From Candidatus Omnitrophota bacterium (GTDB lineage: Bacteria > Omnitrophota > Gorgyraeia > JAZDFF01): DNA of 64,000 nt. This document shows positions 8,903-18,826 of this stretch, one piece after another. Both the position numbers and the translations under genes were made by a program. Each line of letters starts with the position of its first letter. Within the stretch, counting starts at the first letter, position 1. The stretch is taken from assembly GCA_043808095.1 (NCBI GenBank), contig JAZDFF010000042.1, positions 38,667 through 102,666 of the forward strand. Direction: 5' to 3'. The notes beneath the pieces were generated by a model that was given only the letters and a program-made list of their open reading frames with translations, had not been told where the DNA came from and did not search any database.

Positions 8903-9677
8903 TAAGAACGACTATGACCTCTTCGAGTTTGGAAAAATCGACTGCAGGTTTAATGAGGGCGATTTTATTTAGGCCGCTTGCATCAAGCTCTACAGACTTA
9001 ACCTCTCCGATCAGTATCCCCCTGGGGAATGAACCATTTAACCCGGAACTGATAACCAAATCTCCTGATACTACATCGCTATCTTTATCCAGATAATACA
9101 TCTGGCAAAAACCTGAGAGCCTGCCTGAGATTATGCCTTGCTCGCGGCTACGCTGGATAAGGGCAGCGATCTTCAAATTCGGGTCGTTGATTAAAATAAC
9201 CTTACTGCTTGAGTCTCCGGTTTCAAAAATCTTCCCTACCGCGCCACCGGGCGATATGACTGCACAGTCTTTGCGGATATTATCGTTATTGCCTCTATCA
9301 ATAATCAGACTGAAAAACCAGTTGATAGGGTCTCTGCCAATTACCCTTGCAACCGTACTGCGAAAAGATTGAGCCCTGCGAAAAGAAAGAATTTTACTTA
9401 GGCGTTCGTCCTCTTTCAGGATTTCCAGATTGATAATCTTTTTTTGTCTTGTCCAGCCTAATTGCCTTTTTAAGGCGAGGTTTTCTTTTAGGATTGCTCG
9501 ATAGGAAAAAATGGACTTTATCTCGTTTATAAAAAAATTGATAGGCCTTAATGGCAGGCTTAAAAAATCCAGAGATTTTGCTCTCACTATTTGGAATTGC
9601 TTTTGCAGGAAGGTAAAGACTAAGGCAAGAACTACTACGACAAGAAATACCGCAATTAATTTTTTATATTTAGCCAC
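8895..9677 (-). CDS. mreC: rod shape-determining protein MreC
   Basis: N-terminal TM helix, a coiled-coil segment and a C-terminal beta domain (GDLVISSGLNGSFPRGILIGEV). Located between mreB and mreD. Confidence 0.85.
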   Translation of the reverse strand: MAKYKKLIAVFLVVVVLALVFTFLQKQFQIVRAKSLDFLSLPLRPINFFINEIKSIFSYRAILKENLALKRQLGWTRQKKIINLEILKEDERLSKILSFRRAQSFRSTVARVIGRDPINWFFSLIIDRGNNDNIRKDCAVISPGGAVGKIFETGDSSSKVILINDPNLKIAALIQRSREQGIISGRLSGFCQMYYLDKDSDVVSGDLVISSGLNGSFPRGILIGEVKSVELDASGLNKIALIKPAVDFSKLEEVIVVLNE

Positions 9678-9695
9678 TCAATAATATAAAACAAA

Positions 9696-10781
9696 TTATA
9701 ATTCAGACCTAAGAGGAACAACTACTCGTTTTAAGTATTTTATCTCATCTAATACTTTGCCAGTACCCAAGGCAACAGCAGTAACCGGATCGTCAGACAA
9801 GTGTACAGTCAAACCCGTCTCTTCAGAAACGAGTTTGTCGATATTGCGAAGCAATGAAGTACCGCCGGCAAAGACAATGCCTTTATCAATTAAGTCTGCT
9901 GCCAATTCTGGGGGGATTCTTTCCAAGGTAATCTTGATCGTCTCTAAGATTGCCCGAATAGGCTCTTTAAGCGCATCCCTCACTTCTTCTGAGGTGATAG
10001 TCACTTTCTTGGGTAAACCGGCAACCAGGTCTCTTCCTTTAACCTCAAGACTCATCTCTTCATCTAAAGGATAGGCCGAACCAATCTTTATCTTGATATC
10101 TTCGGCAGTACGTTCGCCAATCATGAGATTATAATTCTTCTTCATATACTCAGTGATGGCTAAATCCATTTCATCGCCGCCAATACGAATGGATTTAGAG
10201 AATACTATCCCGGCTAAAGAGATGACGGCAATCTCAGTTGTGCCTCCGCCAATATCAATAATCATATTCCCTGATGGCTCTTCGATGGGTAGGCCTACGC
10301 CAATGGCCGCAGCAATCGGCTCTTCAATTAAATAGACTTTTCGGGCTCCGGCACGCTCTGCCGAATCTATAACCGCCCGTTTTTCTACCTCGGTAATTCC
10401 TGAAGGGATAGCAATTACTAGCCTAGGAGGAACCATTACCCGGCGTTTATGCAGATTCCTGACCTTTTTGATAAAATAACGCAGCATCGCCTCAGTGACT
10501 TCGAAATCCGCAATCACGCCGTCTTTCATCGGCCTGATAGCAACGATATTTCCGGGAGTACGTCCCAACATACGCTTTGCCTCTTCACCAACTGCCAGGA
10601 CATTGGAAGTCCCTTTTTCTATGGCTACTACCGAAGGCTCGCACAAGACAATGCCATCGCCTTTTACATAAACCAAGGTAGTAGCAGTGCCCAAATCAAT
10701 GCCCATATCGTTAGAGAACGCCTCGCTAAAAAACTCAAGGGCTTTTTTGCCCACATTAAGTATTTTTTGAAATTTAACCAT
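9696..10781 (-). CDS. mreB: rod shape-determining actin homologue MreB
   Basis: Actin/Hsp70 fold signatures: [28 protein letters not shown] and [17 protein letters not shown]. Confidence 0.95.
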   Translation of the reverse strand: MVKFQKILNVGKKALEFFSEAFSNDMGIDLGTATTLVYVKGDGIVLCEPSVVAIEKGTSNVLAVGEEAKRMLGRTPGNIVAIRPMKDGVIADFEVTEAMLRYFIKKVRNLHKRRVMVPPRLVIAIPSGITEVEKRAVIDSAERAGARKVYLIEEPIAAAIGVGLPIEEPSGNMIIDIGGGTTEIAVISLAGIVFSKSIRIGGDEMDLAITEYMKKNYNLMIGERTAEDIKIKIGSAYPLDEEMSLEVKGRDLVAGLPKKVTITSEEVRDALKEPIRAILETIKITLERIPPELAADLIDKGIVFAGGTSLLRNIDKLVSEETGLTVHLSDDPVTAVALGTGKVLDEIKYLKRVVVPLRSEL

Positions 10782-10836
10782 ACTTACTCCTGTTCTGGTA
10801 ATATATCAGACTCCAAACTTACTGTCAATTAAAATC

Positions 10837-12207
10837 TTAGGTAGTATTAGGGCCTGCTTTGATTTTATTGAGGGCGCCCGCAAAATCCGGAAAGGATTTA
10901 GTGATGCAGCTGATATCATCCAACTCTGTTTTACCTTTGGCAGCCAGTCCCGCAATAATCATGCTCATCGCAGTGCGATGGTCTTCGTAACTAAGTACTT
11001 TTGCTCCTTCTAAAATACCACGGCCTGAAATTACAATTTCTTCTTGCTCTTGAATCTTTACTTTGGATCCGTGCTGTTTTACTTTGCGTACCTTTATATG
11101 GGCTCCCATAAGACTTAAGTTTGTAACCATAGAATTAATCCTGTCAGTTTCTTTAACCCTTAACTCCTCCACTCCCCGAATAACTGTATCACCCTTGGCA
11201 AAACATGCCGCAACCATAACAATAGGCAACTCATCAATTATGGCCGGGATCTCAAGACTTTCTATGGTTGTCGGCTTTAGGCGGCTGGACTTTACCAGGA
11301 TATCAGCAATCGGCTCAGAGCCAATGATTACACAGGGATGATTAAACAAGCGGATATCCGCGCCCATCCTCTTTAAGACATTTAAAATGCCTGTGCGGGT
11401 TGGGTTTACGCCTACAGATCTAAGCAAAATTTCTGAGCCGTCAATGATGGCAGCTGCAACCATAAAAAATACCGCTGAGGAGATATCCGAAGGAACCTTA
11501 ATCAGGCGGGGTGAAAATAATTCCTTACCGCCTCTTATGTTCACCTTAAGCGTATCAATATGGATATCCACGCCAAAAATCTTGAGCATCCTCTCGGTGT
11601 GGTCTCGGGACTGGATTACTTCACTAACTACTGTTGTCCCTTTAGGATATAAACCAGCTAATAAAATCGCAGATTTGACCTGGGCGCTGGGAACGGACAA
11701 TTTATATTGGATGGGCTTTAGACTCCTTCCCTTTATCTCCAAGGGCGCAAATTCCTCGGTTTTATTTTTGGCTTTTTTAACTTTGGATTTTATCTTGGCA
11801 CCCATAAGTCGCAAGGGTTCAATTACCCTTTTCATTGGTCGACTCGATAAGGATTTGCCGCCTTTTAAAACACTCTTAAAATCTTGAGCAGACAACAAAC
11901 CAGAAAGTAAGCGCATGGAGGTTGCGGATTCTCCCATATCCAGCTGTCTTTTTGGCGCATTGAGACCGCCTAAACCCACCCCATTAACTAAAACAAAGGA
12001 GGATTCCGTCTTTATCTTTACTCCCATCGAAGAAAATGCATTAATAGTACAAATGCAATCATCGCTAAACAAAAAGTTTTCAATGCGAGTATCTCCTTTA
12101 GAAATGGAACTGAGGATTATGGCACGGTGGGATATTGACTTATCGCCCGGTAGTGAAAGTTTTCCCCTCAGGCTCGTTATGGGATGAACGAGATATTTTT
12201 GCGGCAT
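10837..12207 (-). CDS. aroA: 3-phosphoshikimate 1-carboxyvinyltransferase (EPSP synthase)
   Basis: LSLPGDKSISHRAIILSSIS N-terminal signature and EPSP synthase length. Contains a lysine-rich internal insertion. Confidence 0.9.
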   Translation of the reverse strand: MPQKYLVHPITSLRGKLSLPGDKSISHRAIILSSISKGDTRIENFLFSDDCICTINAFSSMGVKIKTESSFVLVNGVGLGGLNAPKRQLDMGESATSMRLLSGLLSAQDFKSVLKGGKSLSSRPMKRVIEPLRLMGAKIKSKVKKAKNKTEEFAPLEIKGRSLKPIQYKLSVPSAQVKSAILLAGLYPKGTTVVSEVIQSRDHTERMLKIFGVDIHIDTLKVNIRGGKELFSPRLIKVPSDISSAVFFMVAAAIIDGSEILLRSVGVNPTRTGILNVLKRMGADIRLFNHPCVIIGSEPIADILVKSSRLKPTTIESLEIPAIIDELPIVMVAACFAKGDTVIRGVEELRVKETDRINSMVTNLSLMGAHIKVRKVKQHGSKVKIQEQEEIVISGRGILEGAKVLSYEDHRTAMSMIIAGLAAKGKTELDDISCITKSFPDFAGALNKIKAGPNTT

Positions 12208-12212
12208 GAAGA

Positions 12213-12983
12213 TTACGGTTTGGTTACTCGACAGCCTTCTTTAATCTGATCTTTTTGGATTGGGGGTAAGAAATTGGCAGCAGAGAGTGCTTCGTAAACC
12301 TTTTCAACTTTTAATTTACCGATGGATTTATCTTTATTATTGTAGACAGTAAACATATCGCCAACACTTATACCTGCTTTTCTTCCGAAATTGACGATGG
12401 CAAAATCATATTCCCGGTTTACGCTCAAAATCTTTCCTTCTAAAATTCCAGCCCGCGATGCCTCGCTAGAAGAACTCTGTTTGACTACAATCTTCTCAAG
12501 CTGCACTCCCTCCGAGGACTTGACTTCTAAATCCTTAATCTTGGCCTCTAAATCTTTCTTGATATTATTCAGGTTCTCGAGTTCTTTTGATTTAGCCTCT
12601 AAATCGCCCTTGGCCTTTTCTAATTGTTTAAAGACATCTTCGCGGGTTGACTTTTCCTGTTTCAATTGCGCCTCGAGACCATTTATTTCAATGCTTAATT
12701 TATCTTTATTGGTCTTTTCAGTCTGAAGTTCGCCTGAAGCAGCGGCAAGCTGGGTATTGGCATCGGTTAATTGCACCTGCAGTCTATCCACCTCTTCCTT
12801 AGTCGACTGTAAGTTCTTGTCTAAATTACTTCTCATCGCCTCAAGACTCTGCGACTTTGCCTCCAGCGATTTTCTCTTATCGATCTCCTGTTTTAGGAGA
12901 TAACCTGCGCCTACGGCAAGGCCCAGAGAAATAAAGGTTACTAATACCAAAAGACCAACTAAAACCTTTGCGCTAGAACCCAT
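12213..12983 (-). CDS. hypothetical membrane-anchored coiled-coil protein with small C-terminal beta-rich domain
   Basis: N-terminal TM helix (VLVGLLVLVTFISLGLAVGAGYLL), ~150 aa of heptad-like Q/E/K/L-rich sequence, and a C-terminal ~70 aa segment (ILSVNREYDFAIVNFGRKAGISVGDMFTVY...). I do not recognise any family. Confidence 0.5.
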   Translation of the reverse strand: MGSSAKVLVGLLVLVTFISLGLAVGAGYLLKQEIDKRKSLEAKSQSLEAMRSNLDKNLQSTKEEVDRLQVQLTDANTQLAAASGELQTEKTNKDKLSIEINGLEAQLKQEKSTREDVFKQLEKAKGDLEAKSKELENLNNIKKDLEAKIKDLEVKSSEGVQLEKIVVKQSSSSEASRAGILEGKILSVNREYDFAIVNFGRKAGISVGDMFTVYNNKDKSIGKLKVEKVYEALSAANFLPPIQKDQIKEGCRVTKP

Positions 12984-13085
12984 CTTTGAACCTCCTTCGA
13001 CTGACTCCGCTCTCCCACTATATCAAGTGAAACGAATCACTCTTTTTTAGTGATTTTAATTATTATAACATAATAAGAATGGATT

Positions 13086-14012
13086 TCAAGTATTTTTATA
13101 CAATTTCATGACTTCGGTTAACTCCTCAGGCAAATGAGAATCAAATTCCATAAATTCCCTTTTTGCTGGATGAAAAAACCCTAAACTCTTGGCATGCAGG
13201 GCAAGCCTAGAAATTGCAATCTTTGTATTCCTGCCATATTTCTTATCACCGAGTATAGGATGGCCGATAAATTTAAGATGCACCCTCAGCTGATGAGTAC
13301 GACCTGTTTGGGGAGTCAATTCTAAAAAGGTAAAATCCTTGAATCTCTTTAAGACCTTGTAGCGGGTTTGGGCGGGTCTGGATTTGAAGAATCTCACTGC
13401 CATATTTTTGCGATTGTAACTATCTCTTGCAATGGGAAGATTAATAAGACCTTCGTCCTGCGCCACCACCCCTGATGCCAGGGCGATGTATTTTCGCTTG
13501 ATAGAGTGATTAGCAAACTGTTTTGCCAACTCAAGATGTGTAGTGTTATTTTTAGCCACTACCATCACGCCAGAGGTATCTTTATCCAGACGATGCACTA
13601 TGCCCGGACGAAGTTCGTTTATACTGGATAATTCCTTACCAAGGCCAAGGAGCGCATTTACCAGCGTCCCGGACATATTGCCGGCACCCGGATGAGTGAC
13701 CAATCCAGAAGGCTTGTTGACAACTAAAAGGTCATCGTCTTCATAGATAATATCTAGCGCAATGTCCTGGGGTTCCAACATTAATTGCCCCTTTTGCGGG
13801 ATCTTTATAACAATGACGTCATTCTCTTTTACCTTGTGGTGGGGTTTTACAGGCTTGTTATTAAGTTCGACGAGGTTTTTGATAATAACTGATTTTAGGA
13901 AGGTACGCGAGAACTTACCGGAAAGATGCTCCACTAGAAATATATCAACGCGCTTTCCAGAGTCTTCTTTTGGGATATTAAACTTAAGCTCTTCTAAGAA
14001 TGGCTTTTGCAT
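13086..14012 (-). CDS. rluD: 23S rRNA pseudouridine synthase, RluA/RluD family
   Basis: N-terminal S4-like segment and the catalytic HRLDKDTSGVMVVAKN motif. Confidence 0.9.
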   Translation of the reverse strand: MQKPFLEELKFNIPKEDSGKRVDIFLVEHLSGKFSRTFLKSVIIKNLVELNNKPVKPHHKVKENDVIVIKIPQKGQLMLEPQDIALDIIYEDDDLLVVNKPSGLVTHPGAGNMSGTLVNALLGLGKELSSINELRPGIVHRLDKDTSGVMVVAKNNTTHLELAKQFANHSIKRKYIALASGVVAQDEGLINLPIARDSYNRKNMAVRFFKSRPAQTRYKVLKRFKDFTFLELTPQTGRTHQLRVHLKFIGHPILGDKKYGRNTKIAISRLALHAKSLGFFHPAKREFMEFDSHLPEELTEVMKLYKNT

Positions 14013-14728
14013 CTTGATGAGAGTAGGCCAACGAATCCAGCCAGGAAAACAAAGATGCTCATATATTGAAAAATGGTGAGATTTAGAAAAAGCGGTTTTG
14101 AATCAGCGCGCAGAAACTCTATAAAAAAGCGGCCTATAGAATGCATTATTAAATAAGAAAAAAATACTATGAGCTGTTTATTGGTTTTTATCTGAATTTT
14201 TCTTAAAATTAAAAATATAATCAAAAGAATTATTGAAGAATAAAGCTGCGTGGGAATAAGAACGGCCTTATGCACGGGAAAATATAAACCCCAGGAAGCG
14301 GCCTTGCCGTAGCAACAGCCGTTAAGTAAGCATCCGATCCGGCCCATAGCCTCGCCTAAGGCAACATATGGTATTATCAGGTCTAAAATAAGCGCAAAAT
14401 TCTGTTTGTGTATCTTTAAATAAAATATCCCTGTCCCTATCGCAAAAACCAGCCCCCCATACCAGGCGAGTCCTCCGTGGGATAACATTATTATCTCAAG
14501 AGGATTATCAAAATAATAATCTAAATTTAAAAGCACATAAAATAATCTTGCCCCAACTATACCGCTAATGAGAACCCAAAAGCAAAAGTCAGTAATTAAA
14601 TCCGGGCTAATACCTTTAATTCTCGCGGCTCGCGAGGCAAGATATGTGGCGGCAAAAAATGCCAAGGCAAGCATTAGACCGTATGAATAAATAGTAAGCG
14701 GACCGATTTTAAGAAGGACTGGGCACAT
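13994..14728 (-). CDS. lgt: prolipoprotein diacylglyceryl transferase
   Basis: Polytopic membrane protein with the Lgt signature GRIGCLLNGCCYGK. Confidence 0.9.
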   Translation of the reverse strand: MCPVLLKIGPLTIYSYGLMLALAFFAATYLASRAARIKGISPDLITDFCFWVLISGIVGARLFYVLLNLDYYFDNPLEIIMLSHGGLAWYGGLVFAIGTGIFYLKIHKQNFALILDLIIPYVALGEAMGRIGCLLNGCCYGKAASWGLYFPVHKAVLIPTQLYSSIILLIIFLILRKIQIKTNKQLIVFFSYLIMHSIGRFFIEFLRADSKPLFLNLTIFQYMSIFVFLAGFVGLLSSRCKSHS

Positions 14729-14769
14729 TTTATTTAAACTCTAGCCTCAAAATAACACAACTACTGAGA

Positions 14770-14870
14770 ATATCTAATTCTTAATGCCTAATTTAAAATT
14801 GACATTTAATCATTAAAAAATTAATTAGGAATTAGGGCTTAGGCATTAGTCATTTAATCTTGATATAAAA
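14770..14870. repeat. family K AT-rich repeat, copy 2 (lgt-lspA gap)
   Basis: See 1360..1480. Confidence 0.6.
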
Positions 14871-14883
14871 TATAATCTCGGAT

Positions 14884-15333
14884 TTAGGCTTTTTGTTTTG
14901 TTTCCTTTAGAATCGCGATAACAAGCAGAACTGCACCGATGCTAATTGAACTGTCCGCGGCATTAAACACCGGCCAGATACGTAGGTCGATAAAATCAAC
15001 TACGTAACCAAAGATAATGCGATCAATGAGATTTCCCACTGCCCCGGACAAAACCAAAACCAGGCTTAATCTTTCAAGGTCAAAATTTTTATCAGGGAGT
15101 TTTCTTGATCTTAAATTTATGATTATGGCGATAATCGTTATGCAGGCGGCCAGAATAAAAAATACAGTCTGGTTCCTAAACATCCCGAAGGCCGCACCTG
15201 TATTATGGACAAGGCTTAGATGAAAGATGTTCTTAATTATGGGCAGAGATTCACCCAAGGCAAGATTGTGTCTTATAAGGTATTTGCTGACTTGGTCAAT
15301 TAAAATAATTAAAGAAAGGGCAATGATGTACAT
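14884..15333 (-). CDS. lspA: lipoprotein signal peptidase II
   Basis: SLVHNTGAAFGMF and FNAADSSISIGAVLL motifs. Lies downstream of ileS, which is the conserved ileS-lspA linkage. Confidence 0.9.
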   Translation of the reverse strand: MYIIALSLIILIDQVSKYLIRHNLALGESLPIIKNIFHLSLVHNTGAAFGMFRNQTVFFILAACITIIAIIINLRSRKLPDKNFDLERLSLVLVLSGAVGNLIDRIIFGYVVDFIDLRIWPVFNAADSSISIGAVLLVIAILKETKQKA

Positions 15334-15374
15334 TGATTAATAAGGTTAGCCCAAAAAAACTGAAGCTAAAGAAA

Positions 15375-15761
15375 TCAGCCTTTTTCGCGGATAGACTGGC
15401 ATTTTAAACACAGGCGGGTATATGGCACTGCCTTAAGCCGGCTTTTTGAGATTGCTTTCTGACAACCCTCGCAGATACCGAAGGTACTGTCATCAATACG
15501 CTTTAAGGCATCTTCAATTTCATAAAGTAGCTTTCTTTCGTTAGAGGCCAGGCCCATGGAAAACTCACGGTCATAGGTGTCAGTGGCCACATCAGCCATA
15601 TGATAGGTATAGGTAGAGATATCGCCGGCAGCTTCTCTCTGCGATTGTTTTAAGGAATCTTCGGAGATCTGTTGTACTTCTTCCAGGGCCTTTGCCCTTA
15701 ATTCAGCGATTATCTTTTTAAAATACTTCAAATCTTTTTTGAGCATTTTCTTTTTAACCAT
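15375..15761 (-). CDS. DksA/TraR-family C4 zinc-finger protein
   Basis: C-terminal CEGCQKAI...CLKCQ four-cysteine finger preceded by a coiled-coil region. Confidence 0.75.
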   Translation of the reverse strand: MVKKKMLKKDLKYFKKIIAELRAKALEEVQQISEDSLKQSQREAAGDISTYTYHMADVATDTYDREFSMGLASNERKLLYEIEDALKRIDDSTFGICEGCQKAISKSRLKAVPYTRLCLKCQSIREKG

Positions 15762-15782
15762 GCTTGCCCCTTTCAGGTTGTG

Positions 15783-18572
15783 TCAAATTTTTAGATTACC
15801 TAAACACCGTTCGCATAACTCGGGATGTTCAGGGTCTTCGCCCACTCTCTTGGTATAATTCCAACAACGACTGCACTTCTTACCCTCTGCCTTAAGGATG
15901 GTAATCTTTATCTGGCCGAGATTTTCTATTTGTGCTGCCTCTTTTAGTGAATCTACTTTTTTTAATTGGGTTTCTGAGGCAATGAAAATACTCTTGAGCT
16001 CATGGGAAAATTTATTCAATAAATTATAAAGGTTTTGCGAACTAGTTTCCAGTAAAATCTGCGCCTCAAGCGAGCTGCCGATTTTTCCTTTGGCGCGCTC
16101 TTCCTCCATGGCCTTTAATACTAAATCCCTTACTTTAAATAATTGTTGGTATCTTGCCTCTAAATCCTTATCAAAATATTTATTGAATAATTCAGGCCGC
16201 GGCCATTGGGCAAGTTGTACATGAGTAAGGTTTCTTTCTTCGCCCCTTTTTGGCATAGCCTCAAATACCTCCGAAGAGGTAAACACCAAAATCGGCGCCA
16301 GGACCTTGCCTAAGATATCTAAGATCTCATACATAACGGTCTGGGCACTGCGCCTTTCTAAGGAATTGTTTCTATAGGTATAAAGCCTATCCTTTAAGAT
16401 GTCAAGATAAATCGAAGACATATCAATGGTGCAAAATTGATATATCTTCTGGACAACCCTGTAAAATTCAAATTTTTCATACGCCTGGGTTGCCTCTTTT
16501 AAAAGGCAAGAAACTCTCGACAGCGCCCACCTGTCTTGCTCCTTCAAATTTTTGAAATCAACAGCATCTTTTTGTGGATTAAAATCATAGAGATTCCCAA
16601 GGATAAATCTAAAGGTATTACGGATCTTGCGGTAGGCCTCGATGAGCCGGTCTAAGATTTCTTTAGAAATACGCACATCCTCATTATAATCACTTGAGGC
16701 AACCCACAGCCTTAAGATATCCGCGCCGTAATCCTTAATAACATCCTGCGGCGAAATGACATTGCCTTCTGATTTGGACATCTTCTTGCCAATTCCATCG
16801 ACGACAAATCCATGGGTCAGCACGCATTTATACGGCGGAGCACCTAGAATTGCAAGACTAGGAATAAGTGAACTCTGAAACCAACCGCGGTGCTGATCTG
16901 ATCCCTCAAGATAAAGATCGGCGGGGAAGAAACCATCTCTCGCCTTTAATACGGCGGCGTAACTGACGCCAGAATCAAACCAGACATCTAAGATATCCGC
17001 ACCCTTAGTAAAACCATCCCCATTATGGCCACAATGCGGACATTCTAAATCTTTGGCGATAAAATCACCAACTGGCCGAGTAAACCAGCAATCCGAACCT
17101 TCTTTGGATACAAAGTCGGCGAATTTATCAATCACTGCCTGATCAAGAAATTCCTTGCCGCATTTATTGCACGAGATTGCCGGGATAGGCACTCCCCAAT
17201 AACGCTGCCTGGAAAGGCACCAATCCGGCCTTAACTCAATCATCGCCGAGATCCTCTCTTTTCCTGCCGCAGGCACCCAGTTCACTCCTCTGGCCACTGC
17301 CGCCAATAATTTCTTTCGTAAATCATGTTTGTTTAAATCCATAAACCACTGTTCGGTTGCGCGAAAAATTACGGGATTCTTACAACGCCAACAATGTGGA
17401 TAGGAATGGCTGATATTATCTTCGTGCAGCAATAAATTGTTAGTTTTAAGCTTTTCTATAATAATTTTATTTGCATCATAGACATTTAGGCCTGAAAACC
17501 CGGATGCCGATGAATCAAAATTGCCTTTTGCATCAACTGGCATAATTACTTCTAATTTATATTTTAAACCAGTCAAATAGTCTTCGTTGCCGTGGCCAGG
17601 CGCAATATGCACAAGGCCAGAGCCTTCTTCTTTTGAAACGTAGTCAGCTAATACAACTTTGCCTTTTCTAAAACCAAAGGGATGCTCATAAACTAATCCA
17701 TCTAAATCTCTACCCTTAAAAGTACCCACTACCTTATATTTATCAATACCCATTTGCGACAGCACATCCCGACGAACATCCGCAATAATCAAATCTCCAC
17801 GTTCGGTTTTAATATGAGAATAGAAAAAATCAGGGTGAACAGCCACCGCAACATTAGCAATCAAGGTCCAAGGTGTTGTAGTCCAAATCACAAGATAAGT
17901 ATCTTTTAGAAAATTCTTGCTTTCATTTATTTTAAATTTAACAAATATCGAAGGAGAAACATGGTCTTCGTATTCCACCTCTGCCTCGGCAAGGGCAGTT
18001 TCGCATTTAAAGCACCAGTTTACTGGTTTCAACCCTCTATAGATATAACCTTTCTTACATAACTCACCAAAAGACTTAACTATTGCCTCTTCATATTGTT
18101 TGTCTAGAGTCAAGTACGGACTTTCCCAATCGCCTAATACTCCGAGTCTCTTAAATTGCTCTCTTTGAATATTGACGAATTTAATAGCATAGTCGTAGGC
18201 TTTCTTTCTAAAATCTAACTGCTTAATCTGGGATTTTTGAATTCCCAGCTCCTTAAACAACTGATGCTCAACTGGAAGGCCATGACAATCCCAACCTGGA
18301 ATGTATGGGCTGTCCTTACCCTGCAGGATTTTATATCTTACCACAATGTCTTTCAGGATTTTATTCAGGGCATGCCCGATGTGGATATCGCCGTTAGCAT
18401 AAGGCGGGCCGTCGTGTAAGATGTATTTGGGATTTTTCTTGGATTTCTCTCCGACCAATTTATAAAGATCAGCCTTCTGCCAGTTAGCCAGCATGCTCGG
18501 CTCTCTCTGGGAGAGATTGGCCTTCATGGAAAAATCGGTCTTGGGTAGATTTAAGGTATTTTTGTAATCCAT
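15783..18572 (-). CDS. ileS: isoleucine--tRNA ligase
   Basis: HIGH motif (PYANGDIHIGHA), KMSKS motif, C-terminal zinc-finger cysteines. Length 929 aa. Confidence 0.95.
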   Translation of the reverse strand: MDYKNTLNLPKTDFSMKANLSQREPSMLANWQKADLYKLVGEKSKKNPKYILHDGPPYANGDIHIGHALNKILKDIVVRYKILQGKDSPYIPGWDCHGLPVEHQLFKELGIQKSQIKQLDFRKKAYDYAIKFVNIQREQFKRLGVLGDWESPYLTLDKQYEEAIVKSFGELCKKGYIYRGLKPVNWCFKCETALAEAEVEYEDHVSPSIFVKFKINESKNFLKDTYLVIWTTTPWTLIANVAVAVHPDFFYSHIKTERGDLIIADVRRDVLSQMGIDKYKVVGTFKGRDLDGLVYEHPFGFRKGKVVLADYVSKEEGSGLVHIAPGHGNEDYLTGLKYKLEVIMPVDAKGNFDSSASGFSGLNVYDANKIIIEKLKTNNLLLHEDNISHSYPHCWRCKNPVIFRATEQWFMDLNKHDLRKKLLAAVARGVNWVPAAGKERISAMIELRPDWCLSRQRYWGVPIPAISCNKCGKEFLDQAVIDKFADFVSKEGSDCWFTRPVGDFIAKDLECPHCGHNGDGFTKGADILDVWFDSGVSYAAVLKARDGFFPADLYLEGSDQHRGWFQSSLIPSLAILGAPPYKCVLTHGFVVDGIGKKMSKSEGNVISPQDVIKDYGADILRLWVASSDYNEDVRISKEILDRLIEAYRKIRNTFRFILGNLYDFNPQKDAVDFKNLKEQDRWALSRVSCLLKEATQAYEKFEFYRVVQKIYQFCTIDMSSIYLDILKDRLYTYRNNSLERRSAQTVMYEILDILGKVLAPILVFTSSEVFEAMPKRGEERNLTHVQLAQWPRPELFNKYFDKDLEARYQQLFKVRDLVLKAMEEERAKGKIGSSLEAQILLETSSQNLYNLLNKFSHELKSIFIASETQLKKVDSLKEAAQIENLGQIKITILKAEGKKCSRCWNYTKRVGEDPEHPELCERCLGNLKI

Positions 18573-18826
18573 CTTTTTAAAGTAGAGAGTAGCGGAATGA
18601 AGAAATCACAAATTCCAAATTACAAATCACAAACAAATCCCAATAACAAAATCCAAATGACCAAAACCATTGTTTGTAATTTCGGTATTTGATATTGTAT
18701 ATTGTTTGTTATTTGTGGTTTGTTTATTGTAATTTAACAATTCTCTTTACTCTCTACTCGCTACTTAAACAAATCTGTGTTTATCTGTGTAATCTATGCT
18801 TTTTAATCTGTGTAATCAATTTTATT

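Noticed and set aside
18575-18670. A possible CRISPR-like array suggested by periodic CACAAA/CCAAAT units upstream of ileS.
   Set aside because: The units are low-complexity and irregular in length, with no unique spacers. No cas genes are present.
18573-18826. A possible T-box riboswitch leader for ileS.
   Set aside because: No T-box consensus (AATTAGGGTGGTACCGCG-like) and no specifier/antiterminator architecture is recognisable.
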